Below the pieces are notes generated by a model. It was not told the DNA's origin. It made no database searches and worked only from the letters and a program-made list of their open reading frames with translations. A stretch of 64,000 nt of DNA from a virus. The DNA is taken from IMG/VR virus record IMGVR_UViG_3300009082_000018, positions 1 through 64,000 of that record. One strand, written 5' to 3'. Both the position numbers and the translations under genes were made by a program. The first letter of the stretch is position 1. Every line of letters begins with the position of its first letter. Below, piece after piece: positions 48,133-54,298 of this stretch.

Positions 48133-48896
48133 TCAAGCAACCTCCCCCTGTTCGACCTCCGGTGAAAGGCTGGAAACAGGCGCCTGGCGGCAAGATTTTC
48201 ACCGGGGACTGCATCGACATGCTCAAAGAGCTGAGTTCAGAGTCTGTTGATCTGTCAATCTTCGATCCCGCCTACGAAAGCCTGGAGAAGCATCGAGCTG
48301 TCGGATCGAAGACCAGGCTCAAGCACTCCAAGGCCTCCAGCAACGATTGGTTCACGACCTTCCCCAACGCCCGATACGGGGAGCTGTTCCAGCAGCTCTT
48401 CCGAGTGATGAAGCCAGGGACTCACATCTACATGTTCTGCGACGAGGAGACTCGCGACGTGGTGACCTGTGGCTGGTCTCCTCAATCTCCGAATGTCAAC
48501 CTCGGTTTCTCACCCATCCTGGCCGCCGGCTTCAAGTACTGGAAGGCTCTCATCTGGGACAAGATGATCGCCGGCATGGGCTATCATTATCGAGCCCAGC
48601 ACGAATTCATCGTTATGGCTGAGAAGATCGTGAGAGTGAACAAGCACCGGCAGCTAAACGATCTAGGACCAGGTGACGTCCTCCAGCATCGTCGCCTCAA
48701 GGGACCGGATTACTACCCGACGGAGAAGCCTCGAGAGTTGATCGAGCTGTTGGTGAAGCAGTCGTCGAATACAGGTGACACGGTGCTTGATATGTTCGCT
48801 GGTTCTGGTGTGGTGGGTCAGGTCTGCCAGGACATCGATCGTCGTTTCATCCTGGGTGACATCGACACCAAAGAGATTCGCCTGAGACTCGTATGA
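48129..48896 (+). CDS. DNA N4-C/N6-A methyltransferase (beta class), orphan
   Basis: DPAY catalytic motif, PTEKP, VLDMFAGSG. Confidence 0.85.
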   Translation: MIKQPPPVRPPVKGWKQAPGGKIFTGDCIDMLKELSSESVDLSIFDPAYESLEKHRAVGSKTRLKHSKASSNDWFTTFPNARYGELFQQLFRVMKPGTHIYMFCDEETRDVVTCGWSPQSPNVNLGFSPILAAGFKYWKALIWDKMIAGMGYHYRAQHEFIVMAEKIVRVNKHRQLNDLGPGDVLQHRRLKGPDYYPTEKPRELIELLVKQSSNTGDTVLDMFAGSGVVGQVCQDIDRRFILGDIDTKEIRLRLV

Positions 48897-49366
48897 CCAC
48901 GCTCAAGATCACCTTTGATCCCGATACCAAGTTCTGCCAGCTTCGCTTCGGCTACAATAAGCGATTTGCTGAATTCATGAAAAGTGGGATCACTCCTCTT
49001 TCTTATCGGCGCTGGGTGGCAGACAAGAAGTACTGGGAGGTCCACGTCTCGAAGCTGGCTCGTGTGGTCGTGGTGGCCCGTCGCTACTTCGGTCATGTCG
49101 ATTACTCAGAGCTGCCAGGTGGCCTACAGATCGAGCTGGCCATCAGGATGAGTGCCTTCGATGACGTGGAGGCACCGCCCAAGAGGACGGCTTCTACACC
49201 GCACGATGTGCTCTACCTGCTACCCACTGCGCCAATCGAGGTGGTCAAGGCAGCCTATCGAGCCCTGGCTCTTATTCATCACCCAGATCGGGGCGGTGAC
49301 GAGGAAATCCTGAAGGAGATCAACTCTGCTTACGAAACCATCACTGAGGCGAAAAAAGAGGGTTGA
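48893..49366 (+). CDS. DnaJ/J-domain protein
   Basis: VKAAYRALALIHHPDRGG...EINSAYE. Confidence 0.85.
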   Translation: MTTLKITFDPDTKFCQLRFGYNKRFAEFMKSGITPLSYRRWVADKKYWEVHVSKLARVVVVARRYFGHVDYSELPGGLQIELAIRMSAFDDVEAPPKRTASTPHDVLYLLPTAPIEVVKAAYRALALIHHPDRGGDEEILKEINSAYETITEAKKEG

Positions 49367-49392
49367 CAAACGACCCGACCTAGTTCAAGGAT
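49363..49392 (+). promoter_or_regulatory. Putative promoter of the leader/tRNA operon
   Basis: Perfect TTGACA 49363-49368; weak -10 AAGGAT after 18 nt; implies a start near the leader ATG. Confidence 0.45.
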
Positions 49393-49397
49393 GAAGA

Positions 49398-49553
49398 ATG
49401 ATGTTCCAAGCCGCAAAACGAACAAAGTCGAGCGCCCGGAGTTGGCGCGGGACGTGTTCGTTTAGCGTGCGCCCAGATCATAGCTCGAGGGAATTGGGTA
49501 CCCTGCAGTCTTACCCGAATACCCTCGAGCCCATTGGAGCGCCAGGCGGCTAG
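49398..49553 (+). CDS. Putative attenuator leader peptide (51 aa) MMFQAAKRTKSSARSWRGTCSFSVRPDHSSRELGTLQSYPNTLEPIGAPGG
   Basis: All 20 amino acids and 41 distinct codons; last codons complementary to the terminator arm. Confidence 0.7.
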   Translation: MMFQAAKRTKSSARSWRGTCSFSVRPDHSSRELGTLQSYPNTLEPIGAPGG

Positions 49554-49589
49554 GACTCGAGGAAACATAGGACTCGAGAGGCCGCCTGG
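49542..49589 (+). promoter_or_regulatory. Antiterminator pairing
   Basis: CCAGGCGGC (49542-49550) is the exact reverse complement of GCCGCCTGG (49581-49589). Confidence 0.7.
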
Positions 49590-49611
49590 GAAACCAAGCG
49601 GCCTTTTTTTT
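49579..49611 (+). terminator. Intrinsic terminator immediately upstream of the tRNA array
   Basis: AGGCCGCCTGG-GAAA-CCAAGCGGCCT followed by a T8 run. Confidence 0.9.
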
Positions 49612-49616
49612 GTTCT

Positions 49617-49688
49617 GGGTGGTTCGTCCAACTGGAAGGGCCCCGGGCCGTAACCCCGGCTATCTAGGTTCGACTCCTAGACCACCCA
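49617..49688 (+). tRNA. tRNA-Tyr(GTA), atypical (C33, short variable loop)
   Basis: GGGTGGT/ACCACCC; CCGGG-CCGTAAC-CCCGG; TTCGACT. Confidence 0.7.
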
Positions 49689-49755
49689 TTGGAGATCGAC
49701 TATGTGCTTGCAGGAATTCATGCACCGCTTGAAACAGAGGCTTGAGTCAGATCAA

Positions 49756-49828
49756 GCCTCCGTGGTGCAGCGGCTAGCACACATGGCTTTTACCCATCGA
49801 GACGCAGGTTCGAGTCCTGCCGGGGGCA
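49756..49828 (+). tRNA. tRNA-Lys(TTT)
   Basis: Hand-folded cloverleaf; loop CTTTTAC. Confidence 0.85.
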
Positions 49829-49840
49829 CTGAAGGAAGTC

Positions 49841-49912
49841 GGGCTCGAAGTGTTATGGTTGCACAGCGGACTCTTAATCCGACAAGTGAGGGTTCAACTC
49901 CCTCCGGGCCCA
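49841..49912 (+). tRNA. tRNA-Lys(CTT)
   Basis: Cloverleaf; loop CTCTTAA. Confidence 0.85.
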
Positions 49913-49923
49913 TTGAGAATTGA

Positions 49924-49995
49924 TCCGGGTTAGCCTAGCGGCAAAGGCAGCGCGCTCTGACCGCGCCATCGAAGGTTCGAGTCCTTCACCCGGAA
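49924..49995 (+). tRNA. tRNA-Gln(CTG)
   Basis: Cloverleaf; U1-A72; loop CTCTGAC. Confidence 0.9.
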
Positions 49996-50041
49996 CTGCG
50001 CAACTGGCCCTTGACAATTGAATAGCTGGTCGTGGTCGTTT

Positions 50042-50116
50042 GGTGAGGTCGTCCAATCGGTAGGACACCAGACTGAAAATCTGGGAACGACGGTTCGACT
50101 CCGTCCCTTGCCACCA
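50042..50116 (+). tRNA. tRNA-Phe(GAA), CCA encoded
   Basis: Cloverleaf; loop CTGAAAA. Confidence 0.9.
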
Positions 50117-50119
50117 CTT

Positions 50120-50190
50120 GGGCCTGTAGCTTGAAGGTCGAGCCACCGGCTCATAACCGGTTGGTGAGTGTTCGATTCACTCCGGGCCTA
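50120..50190 (+). tRNA. tRNA(CAT), probably Ile2
   Basis: Cloverleaf; loop CTCATAA; GGGCCT acceptor. Confidence 0.75.
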
Positions 50191-50194
50191 TTGA

Positions 50195-50265
50195 TCGGGT
50201 GTCGTCTAACGGTAGGGCCGTGGACTTTGGATCCATGAATAGAGGTTCGACTCCTCTCACCCGAA
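50195..50265 (+). tRNA. tRNA-Gln(TTG)
   Basis: Cloverleaf; loop CTTTGGA. Confidence 0.85.
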
Positions 50266-50267
50266 AA

Positions 50268-50340
50268 CGGGGAGTAGGGCATTGGATGACCCGCTTGCTT
50301 TGGGAGCAAGAATAAGCTGGTTCGATTCCAGTCTCCCCGA
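50268..50340 (+). tRNA. tRNA-Pro(TGG)
   Basis: Cloverleaf; C1-G72; loop TTTGGGA. Confidence 0.85.
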
Positions 50341-50351
50341 CTGATCTTCAT

Positions 50352-50426
50352 TCCAGAGTAGCTCAAAGGTGGAGCGGCGCCCTGTTAAGGCGATGGCTGG
50401 GGGTTCGAGTCCCTCCTCTGGAGCCA
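50352..50426 (+). tRNA. tRNA-Asn(GTT), CCA encoded
   Basis: Cloverleaf; loop CTGTTAA; G73. Confidence 0.9.
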
Positions 50427-50438
50427 GTAAAGTTGATC

Positions 50439-50510
50439 CGCCTCGTGGCTCAGTGGTCCGAGCAGTCGGCCGATAACCGACAGGCGAGAGTTCGATTCTC
50501 TCCGAGGCGA
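50439..50510 (+). tRNA. tRNA-Ile(GAT), C33
   Basis: Cloverleaf; loop CCGATAA. Confidence 0.85.
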
Positions 50511-50522
50511 AAAGAAGATCAT

Positions 50523-50595
50523 GGCGGACGAAGCCAAACGGTGCGGCGCCTGACTGTGGATCAGGTTCTAGGGGGTTCGACTCCCCTCGTTCGCC
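50523..50595 (+). tRNA. tRNA-His(GTG)
   Basis: G-1:C73; loop CTGTGGA. Confidence 0.9.
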
Positions 50596-50696
50596 CTCGC
50601 ACATGTTATGCTCCTGCGCAGGTCTACCAGAGCGGGCCAGATCGCCCTTGAATGGGCGTGGAGGGCGGCGCAGGCGGGCCAGGGCGGGGAGCGCTT

Positions 50697-50768
50697 GGGG
50701 ACGTAGTGATAGCGGGAGCACACGGCGTTCGCAACGCTGAAGTGAGGGTTCGACTCCCTCCGTCTCCA
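50697..50768 (+). tRNA. tRNA-Ala(CGC)
   Basis: G3:U70; loop TTCGCAA. Confidence 0.9.
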
Positions 50769-50774
50769 CTCTCT

Positions 50775-50845
50775 GGGCTCATAGTGAAATGGGATCACGC
50801 AGCCTCGGCAAGGCTGAATCCCGGGTTCAACTCCCGGTGGGTCCA
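50775..50845 (+). tRNA. tRNA-Ala(GGC), C33
   Basis: G3:U70; loop TCGGCAA. Confidence 0.85.
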
Positions 50846-50850
50846 CTCTT

Positions 50851-50933
50851 GGAGGGTACTGAGGAATGGTCCTCAACATGGTCCGAACCCATGGGCGGCC
50901 GAAAGACCGGGCGTTCGATTCGTCTACCCTCCG
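50851..50933 (+). tRNA. tRNA-Ser(CGA), C33
   Basis: Long variable arm; G73; loop TCCGAAC. Confidence 0.8.
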
Positions 50934-50961
50934 CTGATTGTTGATCTGAAAATTGTACCAT

Positions 50962-51032
50962 GGACGCGGAAGCTGTCGGATGGCTGACCGGCTGTCTACC
51001 GGTTGAAGAGGGTTCAACTCCCTTCGCGTCCG
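50962..51032 (+). tRNA. tRNA-Asp(GTC)
   Basis: Cloverleaf; loop CTGTCTA; G73. Confidence 0.8.
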
Positions 51033-51033
51033 C

Positions 51034-51107
51034 CGCAGGGTTGAGGAGAGGTCTACCTCGCCTGGCTCATAACCAGGAGCACGTTGGTTCAAATCCAACC
51101 CCTGCTA
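51034..51107 (+). tRNA. tRNA-fMet-like (CAT)
   Basis: C1xU72 mismatch; loop CTCATAA; TTCAAAT. Confidence 0.8.
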
Positions 51108-51181
51108 GCGCGGTTGAGGTGTTTGTGGTTGCACGCGGCGTTGCCAACGCTGAAGACAGGGTTCGACTCCCTGCAGCCGCA
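51108..51181 (+). tRNA. tRNA-Gly(GCC)
   Basis: GCG acceptor; loop TTGCCAA. Confidence 0.85.
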
Positions 51182-51183
51182 AC

Positions 51184-51256
51184 GCCGGAGGTCGAGGGTT
51201 CAAATCCCTCCAGGCTCCCGCAAGGGACCTGTAGCTCAGTCAGGTAGAGCACCGGC
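51184..51256 (+). ncRNA. Circularly permuted tRNA-like RNA, open at the anticodon
   Basis: GCCGG-AGGTC-T arm-CAGGCTCCC-GCAA-GGGACCTG-TA-D arm-A-CCGGC. Confidence 0.8.
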
Positions 51257-51260
51257 TTCT

Positions 51261-51345
51261 GGAAGGTGACCCGTAATGGTACGGGAGCTGGTTGCTAACC
51301 AGTCAGGGGGTAACGCCCCAGCAGGTTCGATTCCTGCACCTTCCG
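51261..51345 (+). tRNA. tRNA-Ser(GCT)
   Basis: Long variable arm; loop TTGCTAA. Confidence 0.9.
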
Positions 51346-51352
51346 CCGGATT

Positions 51353-51436
51353 GGAGAGCGAGAAGCAGGGTGCGCAACTGCGTTGGAAGCGCAGGAGGGT
51401 TGAAAGGCCCGCTGGGTTCGATTCCCAGGCTCTCCG
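51353..51436 (+). tRNA. tRNA-Ser(GGA)
   Basis: Long variable arm; loop TTGGAAG; weak D stem. Confidence 0.8.
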
Positions 51437-51529
51437 CTAGATGAGTCGACTGACACGGAGACGGCAGCTGATCCCGGTCCCCAAGGGCGTCTTACGGCTG
51501 ACGGGCTGTCAGAGCACGACTCATCGCAT

Positions 51530-51601
51530 GCGGGTGAGATGTTAACGGTTGCATGTCAGTCTTCCAAACTGAATGACGGAGTTCAACTCTCCGCACCCGC
51601 A
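51530..51601 (+). tRNA. tRNA-Gly(TCC)
   Basis: Cloverleaf; loop CTTCCAA. Confidence 0.9.
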
Positions 51602-51615
51602 CCGTATAGTTGATC

Positions 51616-51694
51616 CGGGATGTAGCTCAGCCAGGGAGAGCGCTCGCTTCGGGAGCGAGAGGTTTCGTGGGTTCGAACCCCACCATCCCGACCA
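51616..51694 (+). tRNA. tRNA-Pro(CGG), CCA encoded
   Basis: Cloverleaf; loop TTCGGGA. Confidence 0.9.
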
Positions 51695-51696
51695 AT

Positions 51697-51770
51697 GCCA
51701 AGGTAGCCCAACAGGAAGTGGCACACGCCTCAGGCGCGTGACAGTGAGGGTTCGAATCCCTTCCTTGGCA
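51697..51770 (+). tRNA. tRNA-Leu(CAG), short variable loop
   Basis: Cloverleaf; loop CTCAGGC; A73. Confidence 0.85.
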
Positions 51771-51775
51771 TCTTC

Positions 51776-51847
51776 GCCGCCAAAGCGTAAAGGGTGACGC
51801 GCCGGCTTCGTACACCGGAGAACCCAGTTCAACTCTGGGTGGCGGCT
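51776..51847 (+). tRNA. tRNA-Thr(CGT)
   Basis: GCC acceptor; loop TTCGTAC. Confidence 0.8.
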
Positions 51848-51849
51848 CT

Positions 51850-51982
51850 GGGTGGACCGACAGAGGTTGGATTATCCATGCTAAGGACGAGGTCGCGGGT
51901 TCGAATCCCGTCGGGCTCCTTCGGGGGCCCGTGGCTCAGCGGTAGAGCGCGTAAAACTCCAGCTTCAACCCCTTGTTCACCC
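51850..51982 (+). ncRNA. yrlA: Y RNA (YrlA type) inside the tRNA array
   Basis: GGGTGGAC(C)GA/TTGTTCACCC bulged-C stem; permuted tRNA module (T arm, UUCG-capped acceptor, D arm). Confidence 0.85.
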
Positions 51983-51986
51983 TACT

Positions 51987-52057
51987 GCCGGATGATGACT
52001 CCTGGGGAGTCAGCGCACTTGTAAGGCGCCAGGGCGGTTCGACTCCGACATCCGGCT
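51987..52057 (+). tRNA. tRNA-Thr(TGT)
   Basis: GCC acceptor; loop CTTGTAA; atypical D arm. Confidence 0.75.
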
Positions 52058-52069
52058 CTGATCTGAAAT

Positions 52070-52141
52070 GGCCTTGTCTGCTAACGGTAGGCAACCTGGT
52101 TCTCACCCAGGAAACGATGGGTTCAACTCCCTCCAAGGTCA
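52070..52141 (+). tRNA. tRNA-Glu(CTC)
   Basis: Loop TTCTCAC; bulged T stem. Confidence 0.8.
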
Positions 52142-52146
52142 CTGAC

Positions 52147-52218
52147 GGCCCCATCTGCTAACGGTAGGCACCGTGGTTTTCACCCACGCAACGGCGGGTT
52201 CAACTCCCCCTGGGGTCA
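52147..52218 (+). tRNA. tRNA-Glu(TTC)
   Basis: Loop TTTTCAC; bulged T stem. Confidence 0.8.
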
Positions 52219-52222
52219 CTGA

Positions 52223-52295
52223 GGGCGCTTCGTCTAGCGGCAAGGACCCCTGCTCGACACGCAGGTGATCGCCGGTTCGAGTCCGGCAGTGCCCA
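52223..52295 (+). tRNA. tRNA-Val(GAC), C33
   Basis: Cloverleaf; loop TCGACAC. Confidence 0.85.
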
Positions 52296-52299
52296 CTTC

Positions 52300-52371
52300 G
52301 GGGAGTTGGTGAAACTGGGATCACACGGCCCTTGCACGGCTGGATCAGGGGTTCAAATCCCCTACTCTCCA
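52300..52371 (+). tRNA. tRNA-Ala(TGC)
   Basis: G3:U70; loop CTTGCAC. Confidence 0.9.
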
Positions 52372-52437
52372 CTACCTGCACAGGTCATTGCCGATATGAC
52401 TAGTCTGTCAGAAGGGATGGTCTGTGCGGGGTCGATT

Positions 52438-52510
52438 GCCGCCAAAGTCCACGTGGTCGGGACGCCTGCTTGGTACGCAGGAGGGCAGAGTTCGATTCTC
52501 TGTGGCGGCT
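52438..52510 (+). tRNA. tRNA-Thr(GGT)
   Basis: Cloverleaf; loop TTGGTAC. Confidence 0.85.
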
Positions 52511-52568
52511 CCGCTGATTATCAGCATTTCACTTATGAAGATCACTGATAATCACTGATGAGACTGAT

Positions 52569-52639
52569 GGGGTTGAGGCTGAGGTAGCCGGACGGTCTCC
52601 AAAACCGTCGTCGAGGGGGTTCGATTCCCTCCAACCCTG
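52569..52639 (+). tRNA. tRNA-Trp(CCA)
   Basis: Loop CTCCAAA; G73; short D arm. Confidence 0.8.
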
Positions 52640-52644
52640 CTGAT

Positions 52645-52715
52645 GAGTCCGTGTCCGAGAGGCGAGGTACCTGGCTGCAACCCAGGTCACGGGGGTTCAA
52701 ATCCCTCCGGACTCT
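52645..52715 (+). tRNA. tRNA-Cys(GCA)
   Basis: Loop CTGCAAC; U73. Confidence 0.9.
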
Positions 52716-52720
52716 CTGAT

Positions 52721-52796
52721 GCACCCGTGGTCCAAAGGATGGGCACCGGTCCTCTAAACCGGATCCATGCTGGTTCGAGTCCAGCCGGGTGTGCCA
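52721..52796 (+). tRNA. tRNA-Arg(TCT), C33, CCA encoded
   Basis: CCGGT-CCTCTAA-ACCGG; A20. Confidence 0.85.
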
Positions 52797-52797
52797 A

Positions 52798-52870
52798 GGT
52801 CCCGTGGTCTAAAGGATGGGCACCTGTTTCCTAAACAGGATCAATGCAGGTTCGAGTCCTGCCGGGATCA
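52798..52870 (+). tRNA. tRNA-Arg(CCT)
   Basis: Loop TTCCTAA. Confidence 0.9.
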
Positions 52871-52874
52871 CTGA

Positions 52875-52948
52875 GCTGCGATAGTGTAGGGGACTCTGCA
52901 CGGTGCTCTCCGAAAGCACAGGTCTGGGCTCGACTCCCAGTCGCAGCA
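52875..52948 (+). tRNA. tRNA-Arg(CCG)
   Basis: Loop CTCCGAA; T loop CTCGACT (C54). Confidence 0.8.
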
Positions 52949-52950
52949 TT

Positions 52951-53023
52951 GGGCGGTTCTCCTAGCGGAATGGAACCTGACCTACACTCAGGAATAATGG
53001 GGGTTCAACTCCCTCACCGCCCA
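52951..53023 (+). tRNA. tRNA-Val(TAC), C33
   Basis: Loop CCTACAC. Confidence 0.8.
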
Positions 53024-53027
53024 TCAT

Positions 53028-53099
53028 CTGCCCATGGTCTAAAGGAAGGGCCCCTGACTACGGATCAGGTGCATGCAGGTTCGAGTCCTGCTGGGCAGG
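53028..53099 (+). tRNA. tRNA-Arg(ACG)
   Basis: Loop CTACGGA. Confidence 0.9.
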
Positions 53100-53105
53100 C
53101 TACAC

Positions 53106-53180
53106 GCCGGGGTGGCGCAAATGGAAGATCGCTCCAGACTTAGGATCTGGCTGTTGAGGGTTCGAATCCCTTCCCCGGTA
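53106..53180 (+). tRNA. tRNA-Leu(TAG), short variable loop
   Basis: Loop CTTAGGA. Confidence 0.85.
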
Positions 53181-53183
53181 CTT

Positions 53184-53257
53184 GGCAGCAGGGAGGAGAG
53201 GGACTCCTCACCGCTCTCATAAAACGGGAATTGCTGGTTCGATCCCAGCTGCTGCCA
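53184..53257 (+). tRNA. tRNA-Met(CAT), probably elongator
   Basis: GGC acceptor; loop CTCATAA. Confidence 0.75.
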
Positions 53258-53260
53258 CGA

Positions 53261-53333
53261 GCCCTCGTAGCCCAAGAGGAAGCGGCATCGCCTTAAAAGC
53301 GATCAAGTGGGGGTTCGAGTCCCTCCGGGGGCA
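53261..53333 (+). tRNA. tRNA-Leu(TAA), short variable loop
   Basis: Loop CTTAAAA. Confidence 0.8.
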
Positions 53334-53336
53334 CAC

Positions 53337-53409
53337 CGAGGAGTAGGGCATTGGATGACCCGCTCGGATGGGGTCCGAGAGCAAGCTGGTTCGATTCCAG
53401 TCTCCTCGA
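53337..53409 (+). tRNA. tRNA-Pro(GGG)
   Basis: Loop ATGGGGT; paralog of Pro(TGG). Confidence 0.85.
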
Positions 53410-53418
53410 TCTTGATAT

Positions 53419-53492
53419 GCCAGGGTAGCCCAATCGGTAGTGGCACCAGCCCGAGGCGCTGGACAGTGTGGGTTCGAATCCCATCCCTGGTA
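53419..53492 (+). tRNA. tRNA-Leu(GAG), C33, short variable loop
   Basis: Loop CCGAGGC. Confidence 0.85.
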
Positions 53493-53496
53493 CTAT

Positions 53497-53571
53497 GGCG
53501 CGGTAGCCCAACTGGTAGGAGGCACCGGCCTCAAGCTCCGGACAGTGAGGGTTCGAATCCCTCTCGCGCTA
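53497..53571 (+). tRNA. tRNA-Leu(CAA), short variable loop
   Basis: Loop CTCAAGC. Confidence 0.85.
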
Positions 53572-53611
53572 CGACTTGTGAAAACGACCACGATCTGCTA
53601 TTGGTGCAATC

Positions 53612-54121
53612 ATGCAAACGCTCGTACTCGACCAAGGCTACCAGCCGATCAACACCGTCCCTTGGACCAAGGCGATGGGATACATCGCCCGTGGCAAGGT
53701 CGACGTGCTGGAGGAGTACGAGCAGGAGGTCCACTTCAACATGGGCATGCCGGCGGTGGTGAGGCTCAACCATCGCATCAGTGCCAGCAAGAAGAGGATC
53801 AAGTTCTCTCGTCAGAATGTGCTGGCGAGGGACAAGTTCAGTTGCCAGTACTGCGGCGCCCACGGACGTGACGTGGTTCTAACCTTCGATCACATCATCC
53901 CCAGGTCTCGGGGTGGTCGAACAGAGTGGGAGAACATCGTCATGGCCTGCCAGGAGTGCAATGCACGAAAGGCTGACCTGACGCTGAGAGAATCGGGAAT
54001 GCGTCTGCGGACGCAGCCTGTTCGACCGACGTGGGTGCCCACTTTCAACGTCGCTCTGCGGGATGCTGGCAACATCCCACCAGAGTGGCGGAACTACTGG
54101 ACAACAGAGCTGCAGCCGTAG
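53612..54121 (+). CDS. HNH endonuclease (McrA/HNH_5 type)
   Basis: LVLDQGYQP...NVLARDKFSCQYCG...TFDHIIPRSRGG...WENIV.AC..CN..K. Confidence 0.9.
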   Translation: MQTLVLDQGYQPINTVPWTKAMGYIARGKVDVLEEYEQEVHFNMGMPAVVRLNHRISASKKRIKFSRQNVLARDKFSCQYCGAHGRDVVLTFDHIIPRSRGGRTEWENIVMACQECNARKADLTLRESGMRLRTQPVRPTWVPTFNVALRDAGNIPPEWRNYWTTELQP

Positions 54122-54184
54122 AACCTTGTCCGGAATACTTCCTTGTCCTCTACGTAGCGGACAGGGAGGAAAACCGGACAACTT

Positions 54185-54267
54185 GGAGGGTGCCGCCGGT
54201 TGGTTGGCAACACGGTTTGAACCCGTGGGTGGTCGCAAGGCTAGGGGTTCGACTCCTCCACCCTCCG
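54185..54267 (+). tRNA. tRNA-Ser(TGA)
   Basis: Long variable arm; loop TTTGAAC; G73. Confidence 0.85.
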
Positions 54268-54298
54268 CTCTTCCCGCCAAATCCTTCATGATTATTTT

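Noticed and set aside
50011-50040. TTGACA inside the array as an internal promoter
   Set aside because: No credible -10 at 16-18 nt; still worth checking because it would bypass the attenuator
52375-52430. Hammerhead ribozyme
   Set aside because: Lacks the CUGANGA and GAAA core
52721-52796. Possible amber suppressor (CTCTAAA)
   Set aside because: Stem pairing CCGGT/ACCGG centres TCT, and A20 fits Arg; TAG is used as a normal stop in this genome
49380-53600. Many short ORFs on both strands over the tRNA array
   Set aside because: They overlap well-formed tRNA or ncRNA structures and show no protein motifs
49617-54267. Selenocysteine tRNA or genetic-code reassignment
   Set aside because: No TCA, CTA or TTA anticodon found; ORFs are long under the standard code
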